From positions 31,374,001 to 31,438,000 of the forward strand of contig NW_024704743.1 of assembly GCF_018977255.1 (NCBI RefSeq): 64,000 nt of DNA. The letters run 5' to 3'. The DNA comes from Callorhinchus milii (Eukaryota). Within the stretch, counting starts at the first letter, position 1. The number at the start of each line of letters is the position of its first letter. Under the pieces are notes generated by a model. It saw only the letters and a list, made by a program, of their open reading frames with translations, searched no databases and was not told the DNA's origin. The position numbers and the translations under genes were made by a program. Shown here piece after piece: positions 63,190-64,000 of the stretch.

Positions 63190-64000
63190 TAGGCACAAAG
63201 GCAAGGTCGAAGAGGAAGGTTTTTGATGGGACTTGAAGGAGGCAAGCGAGGTGTTGAGGCGGAGGGATTGCGGGATAGATTTCCAGAGTGTGGGGACAGA
63301 GATACTGAATGCCCGACCGCCAATCTTGGGGCAGGAAGTGCAGGGGACCTGAAGCAGACCGATGTCCGCTGAGCAGAGGGAGTGGACAGGCTGATATGGG
63401 GTTAGAAGATCACAGAAGTAGTAGGGAGGATCAAGACTATGGAGGGCTTTGAAGGTGAGAACGAGGGTTTTGAACTCGATTCTCTGCAAGGATAGGTAAT
63501 CGGTTTGCGGAGCCTGGTGCAGGAGAGGACACGAGCTGCAGAATTCTGAATAATCTGCAGCTTGTGGAGGGAAGAGTTGGGAAGTCCAGCAAGCAGGCAG
63601 CTGGCGTAGTCAAGCAGGGATGTGATAAAAACGTGGATCAGGGTCTTGGCAGCCTGCGGTGAGAGGCAGTGGCGGAGAATGTCACGATGTGCGGAAAGGC
63701 CGAATGGGTGACAGCACAAATGTGGAGTTTAAATAATAGCAGGGGGTTGAACAGGACACCCAGGTTCGTATTGACTCAGTGAGGTGAAGAGTACAACCAT
63801 GAATAGTGATACTGTCAGAGCCTGAGATGAGGAGGTGATGGAAGCCAAGAGGTAGGGCCTCTCTCTTGCCAACATTCAGCTGGAGGAAGTTAGCTCTCGT
63901 CCAGGACTTGAAGTCTTACCAACAATTAGCCAGGACAGCGGCAAGCCTAGAATTGAGGATGGAGGCGGCAAGATAGAATTGGGTGTGATCCACCTACATG
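63190..64000 (-). mobile_element. Decayed L2 LINE ORF2 fragment
   Basis: Frameshifted pieces LIHVFITSLLDY..LQIIQNSAARVL and RIEFKTLVLTFKALH..IGGRAFS..LWKSIP. Confidence 0.9.

Overview
Repeat-rich vertebrate genomic DNA, most likely a cartilaginous fish and probably a holocephalan (inferred from the SINE/LINE families, not proven). Two minus-strand genes lie in the conserved vertebrate order E2F3 -> CDKAL1. E2F3 contributes coding exons 2-7 (63008 down to 51613), a U12-type AT-AC intron and a probable ~4.2 kb 3' UTR. CDKAL1 contributes its first two coding exons (33509-33349, 31176-31064), followed by an intron running off the left edge. The rest is L2/CR1 LINE fragments, tRNA-headed SINEs, older SINE relics, DNA-transposon derivatives and a solo LTR. 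The most unusual observations are: (1) an intact, syntenic E2F3 with substitutions at normally near-invariant DNA-binding and pRB-binding residues; (2) an internally deleted Tc1/mariner element between the genes that keeps an open DNA-binding-domain ORF behind a splice acceptor, downstream of a CpG island with a strong splice donor (possible domesticated gene); (3) a SINE copy in that island rewritten by a strong A/T->G/C bias; (4) a MITE carrying an E2F consensus site inside E2F3's own minor-class intron. No prokaryotic systems, CRISPR arrays or genuine tRNA/rRNA genes were seen. Homology calls come from remembered sequences, not from searches.
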